Virus record (IMG/VR): IMGVR_UViG_3300032236_000971
Location: 43,890-107,889 of that record
Length of the DNA stretch: 64,000 bases
Reading direction: 5' to 3' (one strand)
Source: a virus
Under the pieces are notes generated by a model. The model made no database searches and was not told the origin of the DNA. It saw only the letters and a program-made list of their open reading frames with translations. The position numbers were made by a program, and so were the translations under genes. How positions within the stretch are numbered: position 1 is the stretch's first letter; every line of letters starts with the position of its first letter. This document shows positions 42,983-53,427 of this stretch, piece by piece.

Positions 42983-43897
42983 ATGGCAATGGAAACGTAT
43001 TTTAAAAACTTTAACAAGATACAATATGGTGGCGACACGGTAATTGATATTACAGAGCGTGTTGTTACGTTGAGCAACGTTCAGAAGAACCCTATTGCGT
43101 ATTATCCTTATGATATATCAATGGGCGACCGTCCAGATCAAATTGCATATGATTTATACAAAGACCCATACACAAGCTGGATTCTTTATCTATCCAACGA
43201 CATATTAGACCCGTATTATGATTGGTATTTGAGTCAGGAGCAGTTTAATCAGTTTATTGTTTTCAAATATGGATCATTATCAAACGCAACTCAAAAGATA
43301 GCATATTGGAGAAACGATTGGGTAGACAAGCCTAATATTTCTACATTAGAATATGATTCAGAGATAGTAAACAATCCAGCAAGATTAAAGTATTGGACAC
43401 CAAACTATAACGCATACAACGGTATTATAGATTACTCTAGAGTAAAAGAGGATTGGGTATCTAATACAAACAGAACGGTTGAGTATAATATAGTTTCAGC
43501 AAACCCTAATTTTATACTTGGCGAGTTTGTTGATATTGCGTTCAATGATGAGGATCAAAATACAGGCAGAGGCCAGATTGTTGCGTTTAGCGATTCTGTA
43601 GTTACTATAAATCAAACTATTGGTCATGTTGTTCCAGGAATGGAAGGCACATTACAGTTTTATGAAGGTATTCCATTTTCTACTCTAATAGGCAGGGAAA
43701 GCGGAGCCTTCTCTAGAATTATGTCTGGTCAAGTAACAATGACTAATATATCAAATGATGAAATAGCTTATTGGAAGCCAGTGTCTTATTATGATATGGA
43801 GAATGAAAAGAATGAAGGTAATAAGTTTATTCAGACTCTACAACCTCAGTTTGCACCAAAGTATGTTAAGAATGTTAAAGATCTGTTGAGATTATAA
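42983..43897 (+). CDS. gp53: Baseplate wedge protein gp53
   Basis: YFKNF, GDRPDQIAYDLYKDP..SWI...NDILDPYYDW, YYDMENEKNE. Confidence 0.9.
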   Translation: MAMETYFKNFNKIQYGGDTVIDITERVVTLSNVQKNPIAYYPYDISMGDRPDQIAYDLYKDPYTSWILYLSNDILDPYYDWYLSQEQFNQFIVFKYGSLSNATQKIAYWRNDWVDKPNISTLEYDSEIVNNPARLKYWTPNYNAYNGIIDYSRVKEDWVSNTNRTVEYNIVSANPNFILGEFVDIAFNDEDQNTGRGQIVAFSDSVVTINQTIGHVVPGMEGTLQFYEGIPFSTLIGRESGAFSRIMSGQVTMTNISNDEIAYWKPVSYYDMENEKNEGNKFIQTLQPQFAPKYVKNVKDLLRL

Positions 43898-43898
43898 A

Positions 43899-45125
43899 AT
43901 GACTTCGTTTAATCCGGGTGATGTTGAAATACAAGACTTAACTATCAGCTCTCCAAGAAATGGATCTTGGCAGGCAGCATTTAATTGTCTAACAGTAGAT
44001 ATCTTTGAGTCTATTTTTGCTCCTACTGTTATGGCTACTATAGTTATCTTTGATGATCTAGATAATATAGGACGAATGCAAATAGCAGGTGATGAAACGG
44101 TTAGCCTATACATATACAATCCTAATGGAGAATCGTTCGGATATGAATTCCATTTAAATAGCGTAAAAAATATTGAATCCAAAGGAGCATTGAAGTCAAA
44201 ACAATACTCTATCGAATGTGTTTCTCGTGAAGCATTGACTGGACAGAGCAATCAAGTTCAAAAAGCATATAATGATACTGTTGATGGAATTGTTGCTGAT
44301 CTTCATTATAGTTATAGTAACAGCAATCTACCTATATTCACTGAGACAACAAAGGGTGTTCGTAACTATGTTGTAACCAGTCAGCCATCATTTCATGCTA
44401 TTGAAACGCTAAGACAAGAAGCTGTATCTGAACAAAACAAAGGTTCTAACTATATGTTTTGGCAGACTTGGAGAGGCTTTTATTTCCAATCGTTAGAATA
44501 TATGATTACTCAGGGTGACGTTAGAGAATTTACACAAGACAACACAGTTGGAAGTTCGTTATCTAAATCTCCTTACAATAATATAATTAACTGGGACGTA
44601 AAACAAAGCATGGACGCCACTAATCGAATTCATGCTGGTGTTCTTAATCAGCGTGTAACGTCATATGATCCTCATACACATAAGTATGTCTCTCAAGATT
44701 TTAAACTAGGCGATAGTGATACTTCTTCGCTTGGTGCTAGTGTTACAGCTTCATCAACGTTTGCTGCTTTATTTCCTGATGCTGTACGTACAATACATAG
44801 AGTAAACAATCCAAGTGCTACAATTAATGTTGGAAAGGCGTATGTAGCAGCTGCTATTCCTTACAAGCAACTCAATCTAGCTCAGATGCAAGAACAGTTA
44901 ATGAATATGACTGTTATTGGAGACCCTAATTTAGAGCCAGGTAAGACTGTTAATAATGTTGTATATAAGATTACTGCTGAAACAGACTCTATGGAATTAG
45001 ATTCTAGAATAAGTGGACGTTGGTTAATTGCTAAAACGCATCATCAAATACAAATGATGGATGTTAAGCCAAGATATATTTGTCAATTGGAATGTTTAAA
45101 GGGTGGATATGAGGAATCAGTATAA
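43899..45125 (+). CDS. Baseplate hub protein (gp27-like)
   Basis: DIFESIF, YMFWQT..GFYFQSLE, GDPNLEPG, SGRWLI...HH; lies between gp53 and gp5. Confidence 0.7.
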   Translation: MTSFNPGDVEIQDLTISSPRNGSWQAAFNCLTVDIFESIFAPTVMATIVIFDDLDNIGRMQIAGDETVSLYIYNPNGESFGYEFHLNSVKNIESKGALKSKQYSIECVSREALTGQSNQVQKAYNDTVDGIVADLHYSYSNSNLPIFTETTKGVRNYVVTSQPSFHAIETLRQEAVSEQNKGSNYMFWQTWRGFYFQSLEYMITQGDVREFTQDNTVGSSLSKSPYNNIINWDVKQSMDATNRIHAGVLNQRVTSYDPHTHKYVSQDFKLGDSDTSSLGASVTASSTFAALFPDAVRTIHRVNNPSATINVGKAYVAAAIPYKQLNLAQMQEQLMNMTVIGDPNLEPGKTVNNVVYKITAETDSMELDSRISGRWLIAKTHHQIQMMDVKPRYICQLECLKGGYEESV

Positions 45126-45439
45126 TGACTAATAGTTCGCTTGGTTCAAATATGGAATACTTTGTTGCTGAGGTTAGGGACATTCGTGACCCTGACGAGG
45201 GCGGCGGTAAAATAAAGATTATTGTTCACGGTCAACACAATGCTGGTGAAGAACGTATTGAAGACGATAAACTTCCATGGGCGCATTGCTTAATGAATAA
45301 TACGCCATCATTAAACGGCGTTGGTGATTCAGTTAATTATCTAGCAGGTAGCACTGTTATTGGGTTCTGGTTAGATCCAAAAACAAAACAAATACCAATT
45401 ATTATTGGTTCACTTCATCGTTCAGCACTTCCAAAATAG
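45125..45439 (+). CDS. gp5 N-terminal OB-fold as a stand-alone protein
   Basis: FVAEVRDIRDPD..G.IKI..HG.H...DKLPWA...GSTVIGFWLD...QIPIIIGS. Confidence 0.85.
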   Translation: MTNSSLGSNMEYFVAEVRDIRDPDEGGGKIKIIVHGQHNAGEERIEDDKLPWAHCLMNNTPSLNGVGDSVNYLAGSTVIGFWLDPKTKQIPIIIGSLHRSALPK

Positions 45440-45448
45440 AGATAAAAT

Positions 45449-46993
45449 ATGGCAGGTCAACCAGATAACGTAGAAGGCGAAGGCGATTGGACAGCAAACC
45501 CATCTAGATTTGGGTTTATGGGTTCTGCTAAAAGCGCATCTGTAATGAACGATGACGGTAGTCCGGTAAAGCCTCCTGCTGTTAGCGGCGCATTAACTTT
45601 TAAAACAGATACAAACTGGGGAACCAACCCAGAAATAGCTCGTGAGAAAACATCTGAAGTAAGTAAAGAAGCTAGTGCTGTTGATCATTCTAGAAAAGTA
45701 AAGAAAGAACAGTCTAACGGTAAGTTAGATCCGGATCATCCGTCAGCTGTATCTCAAGATCAATCTATGAGCATTCTTGACGCAGGTATGGCAGCTAACC
45801 CAGCAGCATTAGGTAACGTGCTTCAAAAAGCAATGCAATCTATGGTTATGCTAAAGATGATGGACAAGCTTACAAGTCCAGCTGGTATTTTATCTATGGC
45901 TTCTGGTGGTATGGGAGGCGCATTACAGGGATTAGCTGGTTCCGTTGGTCTTGGCTCTATGCTTGGCGCTTTAAATCAAGTTATGCCAAAGCTATCTACA
46001 TCTGGATTATTAAATGGTTCAGCAACAGATATGCTTCATACTGGAATGATGGGTATGATGAACAACGTTGCTGTTGGTGCATTGGCTGCTCATGAAGTTG
46101 CGGCTGCTCATTCAAGAGCTTCAACTATTAAAGGAGCAATGACTGCTATTCATTCGGCTAACGGTATTGACGCAATTGATGCGGTATTAGATTTTGGTGG
46201 TCCGGCATTCGGTTTAACACCAGGATCATTAGCATCTAAAATAGCAGTTACATTACCTAATAATACTCTTAGAACAAGTGGTGTTTATAAAGGCGTTAGA
46301 GTTGATACTACTATAGTAGCTTCACCTAATCCTCATTCAACTGCTAGAATTCCTAAGCTTACAGGATTAGAGCACGTAGAGATAGCAACAACTGCGGTAA
46401 GTAATATAACGGGCGACCTTAGTCATACATTAGGCGTTAATACAACTATTGGTGGAGCATTAGGTTCAATCAGTGATATTACTTCTGGCGTTTCGTCAGG
46501 TATTGGCGGCGCATTAACAAAGCTATCTGCGTTTAGTCATACAGACCTTGGTGGTATTGTTAATGGGGGTATGGCGGGAGTTGCTAGTGGCGGTATACAG
46601 AAAATCCTTGGCTTTTCGATGGACAGTTTATTAAGTAACGCAACTTCTTTATTACCTGGTATTGGTGGAAGCATTACAAGCACACTAGCGGCATTACCTG
46701 CGGCGGGAGCTAATGCTGGCAATCTAACTAAAGGATTAACAAACGCGACTAAGGCGTTAGGATTATCAAAGGCAGCTCATAACGTAGCGTCAAATATATT
46801 TGGTCAGGCAAGATCAGAAGCTGTTGCGAGCGCAGTTGATTCTACAGCCAATTTAGCAGCGGCTGTTAATGGACCAATCACTATGGTTACGGCGTTTGGG
46901 GATAGAATAACATCAGCACCAGTAACCAATAAGCTTAAATCAGCGATTCAGGTTGGCGCTCAACATATTATTGGTAGTGGACAGAGGATATAA
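45449..46993 (+). CDS. Gly/Ala/Ser-rich virion protein in the position of the gp5 middle domain
   Basis: 514 aa between the gp5 OB-fold and beta-helix genes; no lysozyme motif seen. Confidence 0.6.
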   Translation: MAGQPDNVEGEGDWTANPSRFGFMGSAKSASVMNDDGSPVKPPAVSGALTFKTDTNWGTNPEIAREKTSEVSKEASAVDHSRKVKKEQSNGKLDPDHPSAVSQDQSMSILDAGMAANPAALGNVLQKAMQSMVMLKMMDKLTSPAGILSMASGGMGGALQGLAGSVGLGSMLGALNQVMPKLSTSGLLNGSATDMLHTGMMGMMNNVAVGALAAHEVAAAHSRASTIKGAMTAIHSANGIDAIDAVLDFGGPAFGLTPGSLASKIAVTLPNNTLRTSGVYKGVRVDTTIVASPNPHSTARIPKLTGLEHVEIATTAVSNITGDLSHTLGVNTTIGGALGSISDITSGVSSGIGGALTKLSAFSHTDLGGIVNGGMAGVASGGIQKILGFSMDSLLSNATSLLPGIGGSITSTLAALPAAGANAGNLTKGLTNATKALGLSKAAHNVASNIFGQARSEAVASAVDSTANLAAAVNGPITMVTAFGDRITSAPVTNKLKSAIQVGAQHIIGSGQRI

Positions 46994-47718
46994 TGGCAGC
47001 TCCTAAGACAGAAAACAAAGCGATAGATAAACAGCCTAATTCGGGTAGCAATCATGCGGTACAGACAAAGGTAACGCTTTCTACATTTGAGGCTTTATCT
47101 CATGATCCAGATAATTTAGGTATACTTCGTGGTACTATGAATGGCGATGGGTCTTGGTCAACGGTACATATAGATCATAACGGTAATCAGACGGCGATTA
47201 CTCATGGAGCTAATAAGGCAGCAGCACAAGCTTCTCATAGAGATGTTTCTGGTGGGCATGACGTTGAGCGTGTAGCTGGTGGGTCTCATAGTCAAAAAGC
47301 TAACGGAAGCAACGAGGAGAATGGCGAAGCAGACACTAAGAGTGTTGATGGACCGAATATAAAGGGAGCATCAGCTTCCGATAAGATATATTCTAAGGGT
47401 GGCGACGGAAACTTTCATCATAAGGGCGATATGACTATGATGGTCGAGGAGGGCGGATTACATTACAGTTGCGCTCAGGATTTCACTGTTGCTGCATTAG
47501 GCAGTTTAATTAAGCTTACTGCGCAGGGCGACGTAGCGGTAGAGTCAAAAGGTTCTAACATCACAGCAACATCACCGACTCAGATTAAGATGACGTGTGG
47601 CGCTGCTATTATTCAAATGACGCCAACTATGATTAAAGCATCGGTTGGCGGATCTTATATATTGATTGAGGGCGGTAAGATAACTATTCAGGCAGGAAGA
47701 GTGGACATCAATCCATGA
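46993..47718 (+). CDS. gp5 C-terminal beta-helix spike-like protein
   Basis: Beta-strand repeats ending ITIQAGRVDINP, typical of a gp5/VgrG tip. Confidence 0.7.
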   Translation: MAAPKTENKAIDKQPNSGSNHAVQTKVTLSTFEALSHDPDNLGILRGTMNGDGSWSTVHIDHNGNQTAITHGANKAAAQASHRDVSGGHDVERVAGGSHSQKANGSNEENGEADTKSVDGPNIKGASASDKIYSKGGDGNFHHKGDMTMMVEEGGLHYSCAQDFTVAALGSLIKLTAQGDVAVESKGSNITATSPTQIKMTCGAAIIQMTPTMIKASVGGSYILIEGGKITIQAGRVDINP

Positions 47719-47912
47719 GTCATAAGTTTGTTATATTAAATAAAGGTATTTTAGAAACTTACACTAAATATGAAGATATACCTGAATCTTTTGACAATGT
47801 AATAGAGTTTTTACCTGAGATTCCTGATGGTCCACACGCTGATGATGAGCATGATATAATTGATCAGTGGAACGATAAGTTAAGGGAGCTTATGAAGAGG
47901 GAAACGAATTGA
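47715..47912 (+). CDS. Small protein near gp5/PAAR
   Basis: YEDIPESFDNVIEFLPEIPDGPH...H. Confidence 0.7.
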   Translation: MSHKFVILNKGILETYTKYEDIPESFDNVIEFLPEIPDGPHADDEHDIIDQWNDKLRELMKRETN

Positions 47913-48367
47913 TTACATTATCTCCTACGACATTATCTGCTATTAGAAGAAACACTTCTTTCAGCACTGTTATAACGATAACACCAGAAGAAGGCGAGAC
48001 GATAAACACTATATCAGTAACACCTTCAGTTGTTGACAATCATATAACAATAACGACATCAGCCGAAGATTCTACAGTAACTTTAAGTGGCATGTATGTT
48101 AGTGGGTTTCATGATACAGCAAAGTATGTAAGCAAGGGCAGTAGCAACAGATTAGAAGTACCAACAGTTGTTACTAGTTTAGATTTATTACCGCCGCATA
48201 AGGATTTATTTGAGTTTAATCAGGATGGAGCGTCAAGTATAACGATAGATTATGTTATTAGTGTAAAGTATGATTCTGAGGTGATTGATACAGAGACTAT
48301 ATCACAGACAGTTCAAAACAGCCCAACATTAGGGTATAACATATTAAATAGTTATTTCGGGAGTTAG
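47909..48367 (+). CDS. Hypothetical virion protein
   Basis: Thr/Ser-rich beta-type ORF within the baseplate operon. Confidence 0.6.
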   Translation: MITLSPTTLSAIRRNTSFSTVITITPEEGETINTISVTPSVVDNHITITTSAEDSTVTLSGMYVSGFHDTAKYVSKGSSNRLEVPTVVTSLDLLPPHKDLFEFNQDGASSITIDYVISVKYDSEVIDTETISQTVQNSPTLGYNILNSYFGS

Positions 48368-48368
48368 A

Positions 48369-48662
48369 ATGCCAGCAGCAACAAGAATAGGCGACGCAGA
48401 TATACCGCATTGTTCCGGAATGTGTAGAGCACAGGGCTCTGGTAACGTATTTGTAAACGGTCGTCCGTGGAGTTTACAGGGACACAACAACACAGTTCAT
48501 TTGAAGCCAGGCGGCAGATTTTGTATTGCTCATTCGGCAGCTATAACAACAGGATCAACATCAGTGTTTGTTAATGGCGTAGGGGCAGGAAGAGTTGGAG
48601 ACGCTATTTCTGGTTGCACTTCAGTAGCAGCTGGTTCTCCAAACGTATTTGCAGGCGGATAA
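48369..48662 (+). CDS. PAAR-domain spike tip protein (gp5.4-like)
   Basis: MPAATRIGD..HC, GSGNVFVNG, GRVGD, GSPNVFAG. Confidence 0.93.
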   Translation: MPAATRIGDADIPHCSGMCRAQGSGNVFVNGRPWSLQGHNNTVHLKPGGRFCIAHSAAITTGSTSVFVNGVGAGRVGDAISGCTSVAAGSPNVFAGG

Positions 48663-48667
48663 AGTAA

Positions 48668-49090
48668 ATGGTAACAAGAGCAGACACAATAACAGAACTA
48701 GCAACTAAGGTAGAGACATATTCTGATTTCTCCAACAGTTTCGCCAAGCATCCAATAACTTATGAGTTAGTAACATTAAAGAACGAAGACAGCGTCAAAC
48801 AGGCATTAAAGAACCTTATACTAACAAACATAGGCGAAAGACCATTCAATCCATTCTTTGGTTCTAATGTAAGAAGAACTCTATTCGAAAACTTCTCTGT
48901 ATTTACAAGAGAAGATATCGTTCGTTATGTTCAAATGGCTGCTCGTCAGTTCGAACGTAGAATTAATCTAAAAGATATTACTGTTATTGATGATGTTGAT
49001 AAACAGGGTGTAAAAGTAAACGTCACTTTCTCCCTAATAAATAGACCAGAGCCTATTAATTTAAATATATTCCTTAAGAGAGTCAGATAA
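48668..49090 (+). CDS. gp25: Baseplate wedge subunit gp25
   Basis: VKQALKNLILTNIGERPFNPFFGS...LFE. Confidence 0.95.
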   Translation: MVTRADTITELATKVETYSDFSNSFAKHPITYELVTLKNEDSVKQALKNLILTNIGERPFNPFFGSNVRRTLFENFSVFTREDIVRYVQMAARQFERRINLKDITVIDDVDKQGVKVNVTFSLINRPEPINLNIFLKRVR

Positions 49091-51084
49091 TGGCAAATAC
49101 TTCACTATCATTAACAGCACTAGATTTTGATAGTTTAAAAGCAAATTTTAAAAACTATTTGACGTCTCAATCGATCTTTAAAGATTATAACTTTGAAGGT
49201 TCGAATATGAATGTGCTGCTTGATGTGATGTCATATAATACCCATTTAAATGCCTTTTATTTAAATATGCTCGCATCGGAAATGTTTCTAGATTCTGCGC
49301 AGAAATATGATTCTGTCGTATCGCATGCTAAAGAATTGAATTATGTTCCTAAATCAGCAAAGTCATCGTCTGCAACTGTGAGTATTAATGTAGAATATGA
49401 TGGTGGTTCACCGTTATCTATTCTAAAAGGAACAAGATTCACTGGTCAAAATTCAAATGGTTCATTCACATTCACCACTGATACTAATCAAAACTTCGTT
49501 TCCGCAAACAACACTTATTCAAATTGCGTATTAAAGATATACGAAGGCGATTATTTCAACGATACATTCGTTATGGACTATACTCAAACCAGTCAGAAAT
49601 TTATTCTATCCAATCCCAATATCGATACAGATAGTTTATCAATAACCGTTATTGAAAACGGTGTTAATACTCATTTTACCCCTACAGTATCTCTATTTGA
49701 AACCACAAGTTCATCGAATGTATATTTTCTACAGGCAGCGCAAAAGGGTCAATATGAAATAGTATTTGGTGATGGATTGCTAGGTAGAATTCCAAATAAC
49801 CTTGCTACTATTGTTGCTAACTATAGAATAACTAATGGCGATAGATCTCTAGGTATTTCAAAGTTTGTTTTATCTTCCGCTATAGGTAATCCAAGAACAG
49901 TCGTTGGGCCAACAACAACAATAACATCAGCTATTGGTGGTTTGCCTGTCGAAGGTATTGAATCTATACGCAAGCTAGCTCCTAAGTCATTTTCGACTCA
50001 GCAAAGAGCTGTAGCATCTGACGATTATTCTTCGCTTATACTTGATCAGTTTAGAGGTCAGGTTGAGGCTGTTAACGTATATGGCGGCGAACTATTAAAT
50101 CCAAAGCAGTATGGTAGAGTTGCGGTATGTATTAAGCCTTCTGGTGGTACTATTGCTCCTAACTATATTAAGAATCAAGTATCTCTTTATCTTCAAAAGT
50201 ATATTGCGTTACCTACAAGAGTTATCATTACTGATCCTGATTATTTGTACATCGGTATTAACTCAGAGGTTCAGTATAACGTAACTGGAACTACAAAGTA
50301 TGCCTATCAGATCGAAGGTTTAATTAACGATACAATTAAACAGTATAGCAAGGCGCATCTAGAAACATTCCAAGGTGATTTCCGTTATAGTCAGTTTGTA
50401 GCACACATCGACGAAACAGATACTAGTATAACAAGTAATAACACTAAAATCGTGATGATCAAAAGAATCACGCCTCTATTGAATTACGCTTCATCATTCG
50501 TCCTTGACTATAATAACCCTACGGAAGCGGAAGGTTCAGCTAGCGATAACAATATATCTGCTGGATCATTCATTACTGGCGTTACTTACATAATTGTTAC
50601 TGTAGGTACAACTAACTATAGATTGATCGGCGCTGATTCAAATACAGTAGGTACAATATTCACTGCTACAGGACCAGGCGCAGGTACAGGAACTGCTAGC
50701 GTATATAATAGCGGTATTTCTAAATCCGGCTATACTAAGGGTGTAAGATTCTATGACGAGCCAATGGTTACTTCGTCAGCATTTACTTACGTTGACTCGA
50801 AAGGTGCAAAGTACGAAAACTGCTACATGCGCGACGATAACTACGGTATTATTGTAGTCTATCAAATTATCGACAGTAAATTTATTATTATTCAAGATGC
50901 TATAGGTAGCATAGACTACAACTTAGGTATAGTTACATTAACTAACTTTGTAACATCATATTATGGAAATTATATTGCTATTCAGGTTGAGCCTAAGAAT
51001 AAAGATATCATCGTAAGTAGAGATAAAATATTGTTGATTGACCTAGCCGACGTCAACATTAATATGATACCAACTCAGAAGTAG
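49090..51084 (+). CDS. gp6: Baseplate wedge subunit gp6
   Basis: LDFDSLK, DYNFEGS, EMFLDSA, FGDGLLG, QQRAVASDDY, IDYNLG. Confidence 0.95.
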   Translation: MANTSLSLTALDFDSLKANFKNYLTSQSIFKDYNFEGSNMNVLLDVMSYNTHLNAFYLNMLASEMFLDSAQKYDSVVSHAKELNYVPKSAKSSSATVSINVEYDGGSPLSILKGTRFTGQNSNGSFTFTTDTNQNFVSANNTYSNCVLKIYEGDYFNDTFVMDYTQTSQKFILSNPNIDTDSLSITVIENGVNTHFTPTVSLFETTSSSNVYFLQAAQKGQYEIVFGDGLLGRIPNNLATIVANYRITNGDRSLGISKFVLSSAIGNPRTVVGPTTTITSAIGGLPVEGIESIRKLAPKSFSTQQRAVASDDYSSLILDQFRGQVEAVNVYGGELLNPKQYGRVAVCIKPSGGTIAPNYIKNQVSLYLQKYIALPTRVIITDPDYLYIGINSEVQYNVTGTTKYAYQIEGLINDTIKQYSKAHLETFQGDFRYSQFVAHIDETDTSITSNNTKIVMIKRITPLLNYASSFVLDYNNPTEAEGSASDNNISAGSFITGVTYIIVTVGTTNYRLIGADSNTVGTIFTATGPGAGTGTASVYNSGISKSGYTKGVRFYDEPMVTSSAFTYVDSKGAKYENCYMRDDNYGIIVVYQIIDSKFIIIQDAIGSIDYNLGIVTLTNFVTSYYGNYIAIQVEPKNKDIIVSRDKILLIDLADVNINMIPTQK

Positions 51085-51088
51085 TAAT

Positions 51089-53413
51089 ATGGAATTTTCA
51101 GTAGAAAAGAAAATATCTAATTTCATCTCGGATCAATTTCCACAGTTCTACTTGGAAGAAGGTGAAAACTTCGTTCTATTCGTCAAGGCGTATTACGAAT
51201 GGATGGAAAGTGGTTATGCTGTTAGTAAAGCAAATAATTCAGTTATTTCCACTAATGATTATACTGCATTATCAGCCGATGATCAAGCAAAATATGACCT
51301 TCAGCTGAATCCAATATATCAGGCTCGTAGAATTTTCGATTTACGTGATCTAGATAATACACTGGAAAGCTTTCTTGAGCATTTCCAGCAGAAGTATTTG
51401 TACGGTATTCCATTCAACGTTATTATCAATAAACGTTTCTTGCTTAAGCATATTCTTGACGTATATCGCTCTAAGGGGAATATACAGTGTTTTAAACTAC
51501 TCTTCAAGTTAATCTATAATCAAAACGTAGAAGTATACTTACCAGGCATCGATATACTAAAACCATCCGACGGCTCATGGGTAGAAAACCGTTATATCGA
51601 AGTAACCGGAAATACAACACTTCAAAGTATAGTAGGTAAAAGTATTGTTGGCGTTTCATCTAATACACACGCTATTGTTGAAAGCTATATTACCGAAGCG
51701 ATCAATCAAAATATTATTTCTTCATTGTTCATCAGTCATATCAATCCAAGAGGCGGTGAGTTTTTAACTGGTGAAAAAATAGTTACACTTAGCGATCAGG
51801 CTAACTCTCAGGCTATATTGAATGCTCCGACAGTATATGGCTCCGTAGATAAACTTCATATTCTAAACGGCGGTCAAGACTTTAAAGTCGGCGATATTAT
51901 TAAGCTTACTCATAGAGATATTATAACGAACGAGCTCGTTTCTAAGGGTGTGAATTCAAAGCTTAAAGTAACAGGAACTACATCAGTTACTGGTACAATT
52001 GATTTTAATATTGAAAGAGGTGGCTTTGGTTACTTGGCTAATGCTCAAGTATACATGTATAGAGGCGAAGGTGATACAACTGGTCAAGATGCGTTTTTTC
52101 AAGTAGATCAGCTATCATACAATAAAGTAATATCATATAATACTGATATCATTATTGACTTTAGAGATATAACGTTAGATGCAACAGCGTTTGGCTTCCC
52201 TGCGAACCCATCAGGTAATGTTACTAGTACAATGCGAAGTGTAGAAACGCACTTATCAAATACATTCGGTACAATAGCGACGCTAACTAATATATTCACT
52301 GGTTCTGACTATACTCAAAATATGAATATATTTGTACGATCAAATCAGTTGACTCGATTTACACTACCTGGAACACCAAGCTATAATACAGGATCAAATA
52401 CTGTTACAGGCGTAAGTACTGTATATCAAGGTAATACAGGAACAGTATTTTTTGCTAACGGTGATATCATTTTCCTACAGGCAAATACTACTGATCCGAA
52501 TACTGGTGAATATCAGATCATCAAAGAAGTCGTAAGTAATACAGAAATTACATTATACGGTCCACCAAAGCATAATTCAACTGACTCCGCCAAGTATAAA
52601 GCAATGCCTGTTACGTTGCCTTCTAACTACGCCGTCAACGAACCACTTATGCTTAGAAGCGACGGAACAGTTAACGGTAAAAACGAATATATTTCCGCTA
52701 TACCTATTGTTGCTAATAACGCTATTTCTTCCGCTGTTGCTATTGACTCCGGTAAAGGTTATGACGAGGGCGAAAAGGTTTATGCCTATCTATATAACGG
52801 ACTAGCTCCAATAACTATCATTAACGGTGGTAGTGGATATGCCAATGGTGAGCAACTTATCTTCCAAGGCGGTAATACATCAACTCCTGCAAAAGGTTAT
52901 ATAACGACCGATGAAGATGGTGTTATTGTTTCCGCAGTATTGAGTTATAAAGGGTCTAACTATGTTGATTTACCAGTAATCAAAGTTAGAACTATAGCGG
53001 GTTCAGGCGCTGTATTGATTTCCGAAGTCTTAGAATTTAATACTTACTGTAAAATTTCCGGTAATATTATGAAGACTGGTGTAGGTAGAAAAGAAGGTTA
53101 TTGGCCAACCACTAAAGGTTTCTTGAATTCAAATAAATACATTCAGGACAGTCATTTTTATCAGGATTATTCATATCAGATAAAAGCTGGTTTGACTCTA
53201 GATAAGTATAAAGATATTCTTTATAATACGTTTCATATCGCTGGCGCTGAGATGTTTGGTGAATTTTATTTACCCGTTGAAGAACAATCGAATAAGCAAA
53301 TACTACATAATTCCACACAGGCGCTTTACATAAGTGATGATTTATTACCTACATTCGATTCTACATTAATTAAGTCTGATAATAGAAGAATAAGAATGGA
53401 TAGAGCACCATAA
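51089..53413 (+). CDS. gp7: Baseplate wedge subunit gp7-like
   Basis: QFPQF, FVKAYYEWME, YRSKG..FKLLFK, IQDSHFYQDYSY, HIAG. Confidence 0.8.
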   Translation: MEFSVEKKISNFISDQFPQFYLEEGENFVLFVKAYYEWMESGYAVSKANNSVISTNDYTALSADDQAKYDLQLNPIYQARRIFDLRDLDNTLESFLEHFQQKYLYGIPFNVIINKRFLLKHILDVYRSKGNIQCFKLLFKLIYNQNVEVYLPGIDILKPSDGSWVENRYIEVTGNTTLQSIVGKSIVGVSSNTHAIVESYITEAINQNIISSLFISHINPRGGEFLTGEKIVTLSDQANSQAILNAPTVYGSVDKLHILNGGQDFKVGDIIKLTHRDIITNELVSKGVNSKLKVTGTTSVTGTIDFNIERGGFGYLANAQVYMYRGEGDTTGQDAFFQVDQLSYNKVISYNTDIIIDFRDITLDATAFGFPANPSGNVTSTMRSVETHLSNTFGTIATLTNIFTGSDYTQNMNIFVRSNQLTRFTLPGTPSYNTGSNTVTGVSTVYQGNTGTVFFANGDIIFLQANTTDPNTGEYQIIKEVVSNTEITLYGPPKHNSTDSAKYKAMPVTLPSNYAVNEPLMLRSDGTVNGKNEYISAIPIVANNAISSAVAIDSGKGYDEGEKVYAYLYNGLAPITIINGGSGYANGEQLIFQGGNTSTPAKGYITTDEDGVIVSAVLSYKGSNYVDLPVIKVRTIAGSGAVLISEVLEFNTYCKISGNIMKTGVGRKEGYWPTTKGFLNSNKYIQDSHFYQDYSYQIKAGLTLDKYKDILYNTFHIAGAEMFGEFYLPVEEQSNKQILHNSTQALYISDDLLPTFDSTLIKSDNRRIRMDRAP

Positions 53414-53427
53414 ATTGGAGAATTTAA

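Noticed and set aside
45437-45451. Stop-codon readthrough joining the gp5 OB-fold to the in-frame 514 aa ORF, or TAG recoding
   Set aside because: The TAG is followed two codons later by an in-frame TAA, and core genes translate intact with the standard code
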